NCBI GenBank assembly: GCA_963702025.1
Contig: OY969699.1
Span: 160,001 to 224,000, forward strand
Direction: 5' to 3'
Origin: an uncultured bacterium
Lineage (GTDB): Bacteria > Babelota > Babeliae > Babelales > Vermiphilaceae
Length of the DNA stretch: 64,000 nucleotides
A program made the position numbers and the translations under genes. Of this stretch, positions 18,926 to 28,400 are shown one piece after another. Each line of letters opens with the position of its first letter. Within the stretch, counting starts at the first letter, position 1. Under the pieces are notes generated by a model. It was not told the origin of the DNA and ran no database searches. It worked only from the letters and a program-made list of their open reading frames with translations.

Positions 18926-21607
18926 TCAATCAAGCCTTGAACGAACAACCCATTTTCGTGTCTCTTCAGTCCATAATACTGTTGATGCAACCAATACACA
19001 AAAAAGCCATTGATAGATATTGAGCCCGGTAGTCATAAAGATCTTCTGGAAAAAGGGGATATAGAGGACCAAAATCTGCAAAATAAATATCACAAAAGTA
19101 GCAATGATGAGCCAATAATTACCCCTCAGCCCCATGCTAAAAACAGATTTAGTCTCCGATCTACAGTTCCACGCATTAAACCATTGAAATAATACCAGGG
19201 TGGTTAATGTCATTGCCCGGGCAAGAGGTAGATTAATGCCGCTATAAAGAATAAACATACCCAAAGAACCTATGGCCATTGGAAGGGCAGCAAAGAACAT
19301 TTTGCCAACCATTGGCCCATCAATGAGGCTTATTTTTTTTCTTTTGAGCCAACTCTGCTCCGATAAAAGCCCCTTTTCTTGCTGTTCCATGGCAAGAGCG
19401 CTATCCAAAAACCCATCGCTGATAAGATTAAGCCACAAAATCTGTGCCGCAGTAAGTGGAAAAATCAAATGCCAATGGGGATAGATTAGCGCAACAAAAA
19501 ATGCACCAATAATAATAAGAATTTCAGCTACATTAGTTGAAAAGAAATATAAGATAACACGCCGCAACGTGTAGAGAATATGCCTTCCCTCTTGAATGCC
19601 ATTTAAAATATTAGAAACAGAATCATCTAACAAAATAATGTCGGCAGCCTCTTTTGCCACTTGCGTGCCCACTTTTCCCATTGCTATGCCGATATCGGCC
19701 GCAACTAATGAAGGCGCATCATTAACCCCATCACCGGTCATGGCAACTACCAGATCATTTGCATGGAGCGCTTTGATAATGCGTAGTTTTTGATCCGGAT
19801 CAACGCGAGAAAATACCGTAGTGTGCATAATCGCTTCATTTAATTGGTCATCATTCAGAGTAGCAAGTTCTGCGCCATCAATCGCCTCATCACCTTCTGC
19901 ATAAATACCGGCATACTTAGCAGTTGAAAGAGCCGTCCACTGATGGTCACCGGTTGCCATAATAACATGAAACCCGGCATTTCTCGCCTTTTTTATAGTA
20001 TGAATCGCATCCGAACGCAATGAGTCTTCAATACCAAATAAACCTAAAAATCGCAGTCCGTTTTTTACTTCTTGATTAAAATCAAATACTGTTTCTTTTT
20101 CAATTTTTTTTAGTTCAAACTCTTTGGTGGCACAGCAAATTACTCGCAGTCCTTGGGCCAATAGACTGCGTAACGCACTATTGGTTGCTTCATTAATATC
20201 CGACCGTTTGCCTATAAGTTCAGGCGAACCGGTAACAAAAACTATTCCTTTACCCCGATAATTATAAAAAGAAGCATGATACCCATGTGAAGAACCAAAA
20301 GGAATCTCATGGATTTTTTTATAGTCCTGTTCTAATTTTTCGAGGACCACTCCCAATTTTTGCGCAAAAACAAAAAGTGCCGCTTCGGTGGGATCCCCTT
20401 TAATTTCAAATGTTCCTCGCTCAGAAACCAAGGTGATCGTTGCCGTGTTTAAAAGATTTGCGGCAACAGCAAGCTGCCAAAGATCCGAATCGGGCATCAC
20501 CGTGATCGGCTCATTATCATGCAAAAGGTGGCCCTCAGCATAATAGCCCTTGCCGGTTACATGATAGGTTTTTCCACCACCATAGACAGTGCTCACGATC
20601 ATTTCATTGCGTGTTAAAGTACCAGTTTTATCAATAACAAGAGCATGCGCATGACCCAACCCTTCAACTGCTTGCATGTTTTTTATGAGTACCTGCTTTT
20701 TTGCCATCCGATAAACACCGGTAACCAGGACCAATGTTAAAACGACCGGTAATCCTTCAGGAATTACACAAATAAAGAGTGCCGTAAGCATCACGATAAG
20801 CTCTTTGGGAGATTGCCCAATCCACATGCCCAGAGAAAAAAGCATTAAACAAACAACAAAAATAAAAATAATAATCCACCAGGCAATCTTGCGCATCTCG
20901 TGCGCCAAGGGTACCTCCGTTTCAATTTCATGCAATGAACGTTGAATTTTCCCTCTCTGTGTTGCACTACCAATTGCAATAACCAGTGCCTTTGCCCATC
21001 CGCTCACTACCCAGGTTCCGGCATATGCCATATTGTGGCGATCAGCAAGCTGTTTTTTTTCTACTATGAGGTCAGCGCTCTTAAGAGCCGGCTCCGATTC
21101 TCCGGTTAATGATGATTCATCAATGCGCAACTCATACGCCTCTAAAATTCGCACATCGGCAGGCACCTGTTGTCCTTCTTGCAAAAGTATAATGTCGCCC
21201 GGCAGCAGATCTTTTGCCGCAATCAGGATTCTTTTGCCATTCCTGATAACCACACACTCTTGCTCAAAAAAATGTTTAAGGTTCACTAAAATATTCTGCG
21301 TTCTACTTTCCTGAATGGTGCCAATAAAACTATTAAATAATAAAATGCCGGCAATAATATAGGCATCGCGTGGATCATCGCCGAGAAAAAAAATAAGTAA
21401 CGCCGCGATGAGCAATAAATAAATCAATGGGCTTGCAAATTGAGAGAAAAAAATCCAAATCCAGTTTTGCCTTTTTTGATCAGGCACTGTGTTGTTTCCA
21501 AATTTTTTCTTTCGCGCAGCAATCTCTTTTGACGACAAACCATGATAAATATTGCTGGAATATTTATCAATTACTTCTTCTTGGCTCAGCTGATAAGGCT
21601 TTTTCAT
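18926..21607 (-). CDS. Cation-transporting P-type ATPase (type II, Ca2+-like)
   Basis: DESSLTGES, IPEGL, DKTGTLT, KGDPTE, TGDGVNDAP. Confidence 0.95.
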   Translation of the reverse strand: MKKPYQLSQEEVIDKYSSNIYHGLSSKEIAARKKKFGNNTVPDQKRQNWIWIFFSQFASPLIYLLLIAALLIFFLGDDPRDAYIIAGILLFNSFIGTIQESRTQNILVNLKHFFEQECVVIRNGKRILIAAKDLLPGDIILLQEGQQVPADVRILEAYELRIDESSLTGESEPALKSADLIVEKKQLADRHNMAYAGTWVVSGWAKALVIAIGSATQRGKIQRSLHEIETEVPLAHEMRKIAWWIIIFIFVVCLMLFSLGMWIGQSPKELIVMLTALFICVIPEGLPVVLTLVLVTGVYRMAKKQVLIKNMQAVEGLGHAHALVIDKTGTLTRNEMIVSTVYGGGKTYHVTGKGYYAEGHLLHDNEPITVMPDSDLWQLAVAANLLNTATITLVSERGTFEIKGDPTEAALFVFAQKLGVVLEKLEQDYKKIHEIPFGSSHGYHASFYNYRGKGIVFVTGSPELIGKRSDINEATNSALRSLLAQGLRVICCATKEFELKKIEKETVFDFNQEVKNGLRFLGLFGIEDSLRSDAIHTIKKARNAGFHVIMATGDHQWTALSTAKYAGIYAEGDEAIDGAELATLNDDQLNEAIMHTTVFSRVDPDQKLRIIKALHANDLVVAMTGDGVNDAPSLVAADIGIAMGKVGTQVAKEAADIILLDDSVSNILNGIQEGRHILYTLRRVILYFFSTNVAEILIIIGAFFVALIYPHWHLIFPLTAAQILWLNLISDGFLDSALAMEQQEKGLLSEQSWLKRKKISLIDGPMVGKMFFAALPMAIGSLGMFILYSGINLPLARAMTLTTLVLFQWFNAWNCRSETKSVFSMGLRGNYWLIIATFVIFILQILVLYIPFFQKIFMTTGLNIYQWLFCVLVASTVLWTEETRKWVVRSRLD

Positions 21608-22040
21608 ACTAATTTTTTATACTTTCTATTACTTTCGTGGCCATGATATAAAAATGCAAAATACATCTCAATGAATCACTAACCGTTACTAATTGAACTG
21701 CATAATGGTATGAAATTTATTGAAGAACATCAATATAGAGAGATAGGACGCGGGAGAAAATGTCCATTTTTTAGTTCACCCCACTCCCCTTCAGAGTCTT
21801 CCATCGCATGTCGCCTCCCGCGTACATAAATTACAGAGTCTCAATTACTTTACGCCAATAGAAGATATTTTTGCAAAGAGTTTAAAAATTTGATGAGATA
21901 TGAAGCAAACAACGGCTATATTGATGATTTTTGCGAAGTAGAATAATTGATAGTAAAGAAAACATCGTTGAAATTTTTCGATAAAATTAATAATACTCAA
22001 GGTGATATTATTAAATTATTTTCCAAAAGAAAGAATTGGT

Positions 22041-22313
22041 ATGAAAAAAATTATCATGTTACTGTCACTTACAATAATTACTACCTCTTTTATGCATGCC
22101 ATTTGTAAAAAACCGGATAAAGGCCATGTTGACCCAAATATTGTCCACTGCCCATATACCCAAGAAGATATAAATCGTTGTTATTGCAAAAAAGGAACTT
22201 GCTATACTGACTTTCAAAAAAGAAATGAATGTTTTTTTTGCAGCTGCCCTAAAAGCGAACATACCACCAAAGAAATCCCAAAAAAACAAAAGAAAAGAAG
22301 ACGCATATATTAA
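22041..22313 (+). CDS. Small secreted Cys-rich protein with basic tail
   Basis: Signal peptide; CYC, CFFCSC..H; C-terminal PKKQKKRRRIY. Confidence 0.7.
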   Translation: MKKIIMLLSLTIITTSFMHAICKKPDKGHVDPNIVHCPYTQEDINRCYCKKGTCYTDFQKRNECFFCSCPKSEHTTKEIPKKQKKRRRIY

Positions 22314-22451
22314 TATTTTATAATGCAATGCAGTCCGTCTACGCTTTCACTTCGTTGGTATCAATTACTAAAGAAGCTTCTGCTTCGCCGGACAGCCTAC
22401 GCTTAGTTCTACCAATATCAAATTATATCTATATCAATCCTTTAAAAAAAT

Positions 22452-22484
22452 GGCCGTGCCAGCCGAAGCCTTGGCGTAGGCTGG
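22452..22484. repeat. Short hairpin repeat abutting the tmRNA 3' end
   Basis: ccagcc-gaagccttggcgta-ggctgg; related copies at about 4763-4789, 25287-25310 and 31895-31922. Confidence 0.65.
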
Positions 22485-22838
22485 AGGCGATGGGAGTTGA
22501 ACCCATGTCCGTTCTGTATCCTACTAAAAGCCACTACATGCTTAGCCTCTGTTTATACTCTTCTATCATCCCAGAGACAGGGTTTAATAAAAGAGGCCCG
22601 GTGCGTGATACCTCTCAAGCTACTCACTATGCAAAGCCTTACTTGAGTGTTCTATCTTGTTGATACGAGTTAGCGCAACTGATAGACACGTTATGCTAAC
22701 AAGCGCTCTTTGCTTACGCTTGAGCGGCAACTACAGGAGTTGCATTTCTTGTTTTGACCAATTGTTTAACGAGCACTTAGTCAACGCTCGGCATGCTCTT
22801 TTGGTATTCAACAGCTCGTCGAAACCAAATACGCCCCC
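22482..22838 (-). ncRNA. ssrA: tmRNA copy B (357 nt, CCA not encoded), tag (A)ATPVVAAQA
   Basis: 5' GGGGGCGTATTTGGTTTCGAC; 3' GGACATGGGTTCAACTCCCATCGCCTCCA; G3-U70 alanine acceptor stem; pk1 CGAGC/GCTCG; resume context AAGAAAT-GCA; tag ORF 22743-22714. Confidence 0.92.
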
Positions 22839-22867
22839 AAAATTTCAAAGAATCGCTATTAAATTAT

Positions 22868-22897
22868 ACTATAACAGTAATATTTCCCGTTTGTCAA
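22868..22897 (-). promoter_or_regulatory. Sigma70-type promoter for tmRNA copy B
   Basis: Minus strand TTGACA-N18-TATAGT with extended -10 TG, about 30 nt upstream of the tmRNA 5' end. Confidence 0.65.
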
Positions 22898-23043
22898 AAT
22901 TGCGACTAAGAAGGACCCTTTTTTGTGCAAAAGATTTATTAAATCAATGTTATTTTGCTTTTTTTAAATTTGTGATTGCTGTTTTTACAAAAATTCACGT
23001 AATATGATAATAAGATCATCAAATTTCATTAAAAAGTGATGGC

Positions 23044-24186
23044 ATGTTTAACAGAATTTTAAAATTACCTCTTAATGGCACCAGCAGTATTTTCTTATTT
23101 GGCCCCCGAGGAACCGGCAAAACATCATGGATCAAAGCCCATATGCCTGATGCCCTTTATCTTGACCTTCTGGATTTTTCATTATACAGTTCACTTTCAG
23201 CAGCTCCCGATCGGTTAGAAACCCTTATTCCAAAAGGGTTTGATGGCTGGATTGTTCTTGATGAAGTGCAACGGGTGCCTGAACTACTCAACGAGGTTCA
23301 TCGCTTAATTGAAAGCAAAAAACTCCGATTTTTACTCACCGGCTCAAGTGCCCGCAGTCTCAAACGAAAAGGGGTGAACCTTCTTGCGGGTCGAGCATTA
23401 CGATATACCATGCATCCGTTAACGGTACAAGAAATTGGTTCTCATTTTGATTTGGCACATGCGGTGCAATTTGGCATGTTACCAACCGCCGTTACCCATG
23501 AAGATCCCAAAAAATATTTAGAAAGCTATGTGCAAACCTATTTGCGCGAAGAGGTGTTGCAAGAGGGCATTTTGCGCAATGTGGGAACTTTTGCACGATT
23601 TTTAGAAATAGCCAGTTTTTCTCAGGGTAATTTAGTTAATTATTCAGAAATTGGGCGCGAGCTGGGACTTAATCGTCTGAGCGTTGCGAACAATTTTGAA
23701 ATACTTGATGACCTCTTGCTTTCCATCAGAATCGATCCATTCACGCAGCGCGCCAAACGCAAAATGGTTGCTCATCAAAAATTTTATTTCTTTGATGCCG
23801 GGGTTTATAGGGCAATACGCCCCATGGGCCCTCTTGACTCGCCCGAAGAATCTGACGGCGCTGCGCTCGAAACACTCTTTTTGCAGTCGCTTTGCGCGAT
23901 TAATGATTATTATGAGCTGGGATACACTATCTATTTTTGGCGCACCGCAAGCGGCACAGAAGTGGATTTTATTTTGTATGGGCCGCGAGGCATTCATGCT
24001 TTTGAAATCAAACGCTCAAGCACGGTACAAAATAAAGCGCTCAAGGGATTAAAGGATTTCCATGAAGATTACCCGGAAGCAAAATTACACTTTGTATTTG
24101 GCGGTAAAAATAAAGAATATCATGGCGACATTCAAGCCATTCCGTTTGAACAAGCACTAAGAGAATTGCCACAATTGCTTGGATAG
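23044..24186 (+). CDS. AAA_14/DUF4143-type ATPase with C-terminal PD-(D/E)XK-like domain
   Basis: GPRGTGKT, LDEVQ, LTGSS, KFYFFDAG, EVDFI..FEIK. Confidence 0.88.
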   Translation: MFNRILKLPLNGTSSIFLFGPRGTGKTSWIKAHMPDALYLDLLDFSLYSSLSAAPDRLETLIPKGFDGWIVLDEVQRVPELLNEVHRLIESKKLRFLLTGSSARSLKRKGVNLLAGRALRYTMHPLTVQEIGSHFDLAHAVQFGMLPTAVTHEDPKKYLESYVQTYLREEVLQEGILRNVGTFARFLEIASFSQGNLVNYSEIGRELGLNRLSVANNFEILDDLLLSIRIDPFTQRAKRKMVAHQKFYFFDAGVYRAIRPMGPLDSPEESDGAALETLFLQSLCAINDYYELGYTIYFWRTASGTEVDFILYGPRGIHAFEIKRSSTVQNKALKGLKDFHEDYPEAKLHFVFGGKNKEYHGDIQAIPFEQALRELPQLLG

Positions 24187-24202
24187 AGATAGTTTTACCG
24201 GA

Positions 24203-24505
24203 TTATTTTGATTTTGAAATCGAACTCAAGCTCATATCAATCTTTTTGCCAATCACCGCAGCAGCTTTATTTAAAGTAAGCAGTGTTACTGAGTAATTTT
24301 TTGGATCCATGAGCCTTTTTAATCCTGATCTGCTTGTCCCTAATTGTTTTGCCATCTCATCTTGAGTAAGGTGTTTTTTCTTCATGTGTTCTTTTAAGTT
24401 GCGCGCTATAACAGTTTTTACAGCGGCAGCATTAACTTCTTCTAAAATTCCTGCTTCCTCAAGAAAACTTTCGAAGCTTGATCCGATATGTTTGCTTTTT
24501 TTCAT
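24203..24505 (-). CDS. XRE-type HTH antitoxin-like regulator
   Basis: HIGSSFESFLEE N-terminus; HTH QDEMAKQLGTSRSGLKRLMDP; SVTLLTL. Confidence 0.8.
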   Translation of the reverse strand: MKKSKHIGSSFESFLEEAGILEEVNAAAVKTVIARNLKEHMKKKHLTQDEMAKQLGTSRSGLKRLMDPKNYSVTLLTLNKAAAVIGKKIDMSLSSISKSK

Positions 24506-24520
24506 ATAATCCTATGAAGA

Positions 24521-24829
24521 TTAATTATGCGCAGGATTAACTGAAAGATTTAAATTTAAGGCATGTATAATTGCTTTGATGCTTGACCATCGCGGATTAC
24601 CTTTTAAAGAAAGAATTCTATAAAGATTTACTCGATCGAGTTTAGTCATATCTGCTAGATCAGAGATATCTCCACCTCGAGCATCAAGAACATCTTTTAA
24701 AGCAAGTAAAAAAACGCGATCATCTTCATCCTTAAGAGCCGCATTCAAATAAGCAAGTGCTTCCTTTGGATCTTGAAGTTTTTCGAATAAATATTCTTTA
24801 AAATCTCTGTGTTGTTTTTTTTGTGCCAT
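24521..24829 (-). CDS. Addiction module antidote protein (HI1420-like HTH)
   Basis: AYLNAAL..FLLALKDV..G.S.LA....R.NLYR.LS..GNP. Confidence 0.85.
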   Translation of the reverse strand: MAQKKQHRDFKEYLFEKLQDPKEALAYLNAALKDEDDRVFLLALKDVLDARGGDISDLADMTKLDRVNLYRILSLKGNPRWSSIKAIIHALNLNLSVNPAHN

Positions 24830-24830
24830 A

Positions 24831-25160
24831 TTATTCCTCTTGATACGCTACCCAATATTGTTCTGCTTTTTCTATGTCTCTGCGCTGGGTTCGTTTAGTT
24901 CCCCCATTTAGAAGTATTACAATCATTAATGATTTTTTTCCATAATAAATCCGATAGCCAGGCCTTGGTCTATAACGATCTCACAAATTCCAGATTTGCT
25001 TCCCGTAACTGGTTTGCAACTTTGAAAATTACCAAGCCTCAGCCGCGCAATTCTTGCATTTATGATACTGCGATCTGTAAAATCTAGATCCTCTAATCAT
25101 TCAGCTTAAAGGCTCTTTCCCCGAGTTAGTCTTATAAGTGATTGTTTTTATCATACTCAT
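24831..25160 (-). pseudogene. RelE/HigB-like addiction module killer (HI1419-like) pseudogene
   Basis: Manual translation gives YKTNSGKEP/AE*LEDL..INARIARLRLGNF..K.V..GICEI.ID.G/PGYRIYYG..IVILL.GG.K.TQ..DIEKA..YW, with two frameshifts and a TGA at the conserved Trp. Confidence 0.85.
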
Positions 25161-25430
25161 ATAGATATGGTAGCTTATAAGCAACAATATTGTAAAGGAT
25201 AAAATAAAATTTTTTCTTTTTCGCTCTTTGATCCCTCTACCGGATTTGCCGACGCCGGGTCTACAAGGACGGAAAAGCAAGCGAGCCCTGGGGAAGCTTT
25301 AGCGAAGTAGCAAGTCTCAGCTTTTTTCACCCAAAAGCCAATAATGCGCCAAGCCAATTCCCCTATTGGATTTTCCGATAGCTTAAATCTAAAAAATGAA
25401 CATATAAAGGTTTTTGGGGCATATTGCTCA

Positions 25431-25458
25431 TTGACAAATATGCAATAATGCATATAAT
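25431..25458 (+). promoter_or_regulatory. Sigma70-type promoter of the giant gene
   Basis: TTGACA-N16-TATAAT. Confidence 0.6.
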
Positions 25459-25490
25459 TAGGGTATAATATACGTCAAATATATATAAAA

Positions 25491-28400
25491 ATGAAGGTTA
25501 TTATGAAATTTTCTATAAAAATCACCGTTTTCTTGTGCCTTATAGGTTTACAGGCATACGCAAGCGAAAAGCAAAGCAGTATTGCTCTGACCAGAGCACA
25601 GCAATTAATGGGTCACATAGCCCCCTCTGTTGATATTCCGGGAAACCTAAATTCTACTGCGCACCAGAGAATTGACGGGATTTTGGGCCATATTGCGCCT
25701 GAATTGCAAGAATATCCTTTTGACGTTGAATTAAATCAATGTGCCGGCATATCCCAAGATGCGATAGATATTTTTCAAAAAAGGCTCATTGAAAAAAAAG
25801 AAATAAAACTTCCTTTAAATACGATTATTGAATGGAACTTATCAGGAAATCACCAGTTTTTTATAGATTCGCTCAACGGTAAAAGTTCTGAAATCAACCC
25901 AACCCGCACCGCAATGGCTAAAAAATGGGTTCGCAATGCCTCTACTCGTATATTTAATGATCTCAACCGATCCTTCTTGGAGATTGTGGTTAATGCTTTT
26001 GACGCAATGTTACCCGAAGATCAATCGGTGGGCAAATTCGGCATGGGATTTTTCTCATTATTAAGCTTCTTGGATCTCATTGAAACGGATGGCGCAATTA
26101 TAGCCATAGATACCACTGCTTTGGATAAAAATGGAAAACCCTTCACCTTCACGATGCACATTGAAAAAAATACCGCTCAAGATATTTATGTAACTTTCAA
26201 ATTACAAGAAACACCGAACACACAAACAGGCTCTAAAATTGCTATTTTACCTAAAAATACAGCAAAATCCTTTTCCCCCGGAACGATAGAAAATATATAT
26301 CGCTACTTACATTTTTTACAGTTTTATGAAAATGGAACAATTAATCTGACCATTGAAAGAAATGGAACATTACAAAACGAAAAGTTATGCGCAGGAACCA
26401 ACACTACTGCTATTGCTCAAGTTGCACTAAGTTCACAAGAACTATCAGCCACCGATAAAGGAAGTGGTATCACCGTTCCTGTTGCCTTAACAAAACTGCT
26501 TGTTCCCAGCTCATCATCAAAAGGAAATATTAAGATAAAATCTTTAGAAGATGCAAAGAAAGAGGCACTCAATAACATCTCAAAGCCACAGCTGGTAAAC
26601 TTTAAAGGGAAAACGAAAGAAAATCTCAACTACTCACACTTCTTAATTAAAATTAATGGTGTTGTGGTAATTGCCATTCCTAATAAGCAAAAAGAAATAG
26701 AAAATCAGATTGTTGATTCAACCGGGCACATAAAAGATCTATTAATTTCCATGCCGCAAATTACGCAGTTAACCTTGGCACGTAATGAAATTTATATAAA
26801 CCCTGATGGCAAGAGCTTTGAAGAAACGTATTTAAAAAAGGTGATAGAAAACGCCATTAATACTATTTTATTAATTAATGATAGCACCGATCAAAAAACA
26901 TTGGTTGAAAATCAACTTCTCATCTCTGCATTATATAATGCCTTTGATTATTGGGAAAAACAGACGGCGGCCGAACACGTTAATGGGCTCTTTACCAGTT
27001 ATATAAAAGAAGTTCTTGCAAAATTATTAGAAAGCAAAAAAAATATTTTTCCGGTGCACCCGTTATTCTATTCGATGACAAAATCAATTTGTGATACGTT
27101 TTTAGGAACTACCAATCAACAGTGTACTTTGTTACCAATAGATGCCTCTATTGTTTCTTATAGTTATTCAAAATTAGAAAACTTTTTGAAAGCACAATTT
27201 TTAACCAAAGCATCAAAAATAGAAAATCCGACACATAAAAGTTTATTCTTAAAAGGTATTAATCAAGAGTTAATCGCGGGTAAAATTATCTTATTTGTAC
27301 CCGAAGATGTATTAAAAAATAAAACGGGAAAACCAACTATAACTGATGCCGGTTTACGCCAAACGTTATTTATACCAATTTCATTTTTACAACAAAGTAC
27401 AAACGAAGATGCTTTAACTAATAAAATTATTAACTATTTCACTCAAACAATCCTCAGTTCTTATAACAAGAATCCCGAAAATTCACATCAAAAAGTCTTT
27501 TTAATTAATAAAGATAAAGCGGGTGATTTTTACTGTAGCAGGCTCTATGATTTACCGAATGATAAAATTACCTTTTTAACTCAAAATCAATCCCAGCTCG
27601 CTGATGAATTTTTAAACACACATAAAGAACTAATAAAGAATTTGCAATTACCCGACGAAAATAGAAACTCTATACTCAGGTTTATTGAATGTTATGGCAA
27701 AGATTGTAAAGAAGCATTTCATCGGCATTCAGAGGATAATGAGAAGTTTGAATATAATATTGATATTTTTCATCCAGCCATAGCTACCGTTGACCATCTT
27801 GTTGTACAATTTAGGAAATTTTTTACCGCATTTAAAAATATACACAATGGACAAAGAGACGCACTATTAGAAGGCCCGTTTCGAGATGATGAATTTCCTC
27901 ATGTATTTTGTAAGATCTTAGAAAACACCATTTTTTTTGATGAAGCAACGAATACATTTCACAAGTTTGATAATGCAAAAGCAAAAAGACTATTTATTAA
28001 CGAATTCAGAACAAACCAAGCTTTCAAAGAACTAGCTCAGCTCAATGCTCCTGAATATTTTTCCAGAAGATTTGAGGCAGAGGCTAAACCTTTGTTATTG
28101 AAACTGATAAAAGACAATAATTTATTAGGTGAAAAAATTAATTCGTTGAATCTGGTGAATTTTATATTTTATAAGCTGCTTCAGAATAGTGAATTAAGGA
28201 CTCGTGACTATATACTTGAATATAATCATAATATCGAAATATTCCCTAAATTAGATAAAAACCTGATTGCTTTAGAAAATCTATTTCTATCATTAGTATC
28301 AAGAAAAAATTATGAAAACTTTTATTGGCGTAATTATGTAGAACCGATTTTATCTAAAAATATTAGCGTGCAATCGAAGGGGTTAAATAAAGAACTGGTG

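Noticed and set aside
21770..21800. yybP-ykoY Mn riboswitch suggested by AAGGGGAGT upstream of the P-type ATPase
   Set aside because: The downstream conserved elements (CGAGAC, P3 loop) were not found in the expected order; kept only as an unassigned RNA candidate
22482..22530. Copy B as merely an att-site remnant or a tRNA gene
   Set aside because: It has the full 5' end, pk1, tag ORF, paired helices and a promoter, and no anticodon arm, so it is a full tmRNA
22328..23007. ORFs 22328-22663 and 22657-23007, also 31794-32090 and 31823-32080
   Set aside because: They are read-throughs of tmRNA and repeat DNA with no protein-like features
25098..25100. TGA at a conserved Trp position suggesting genetic-code reassignment
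   Set aside because: The same gene has two frameshifts, and intact genes (tsaD, polA, orn) end in TGA and use TGG for Trp
25175..25453. ORF 25175-25453 (minus strand)
   Set aside because: It overlaps degraded repeat sequence and the promoter of the giant gene and has no recognisable motif
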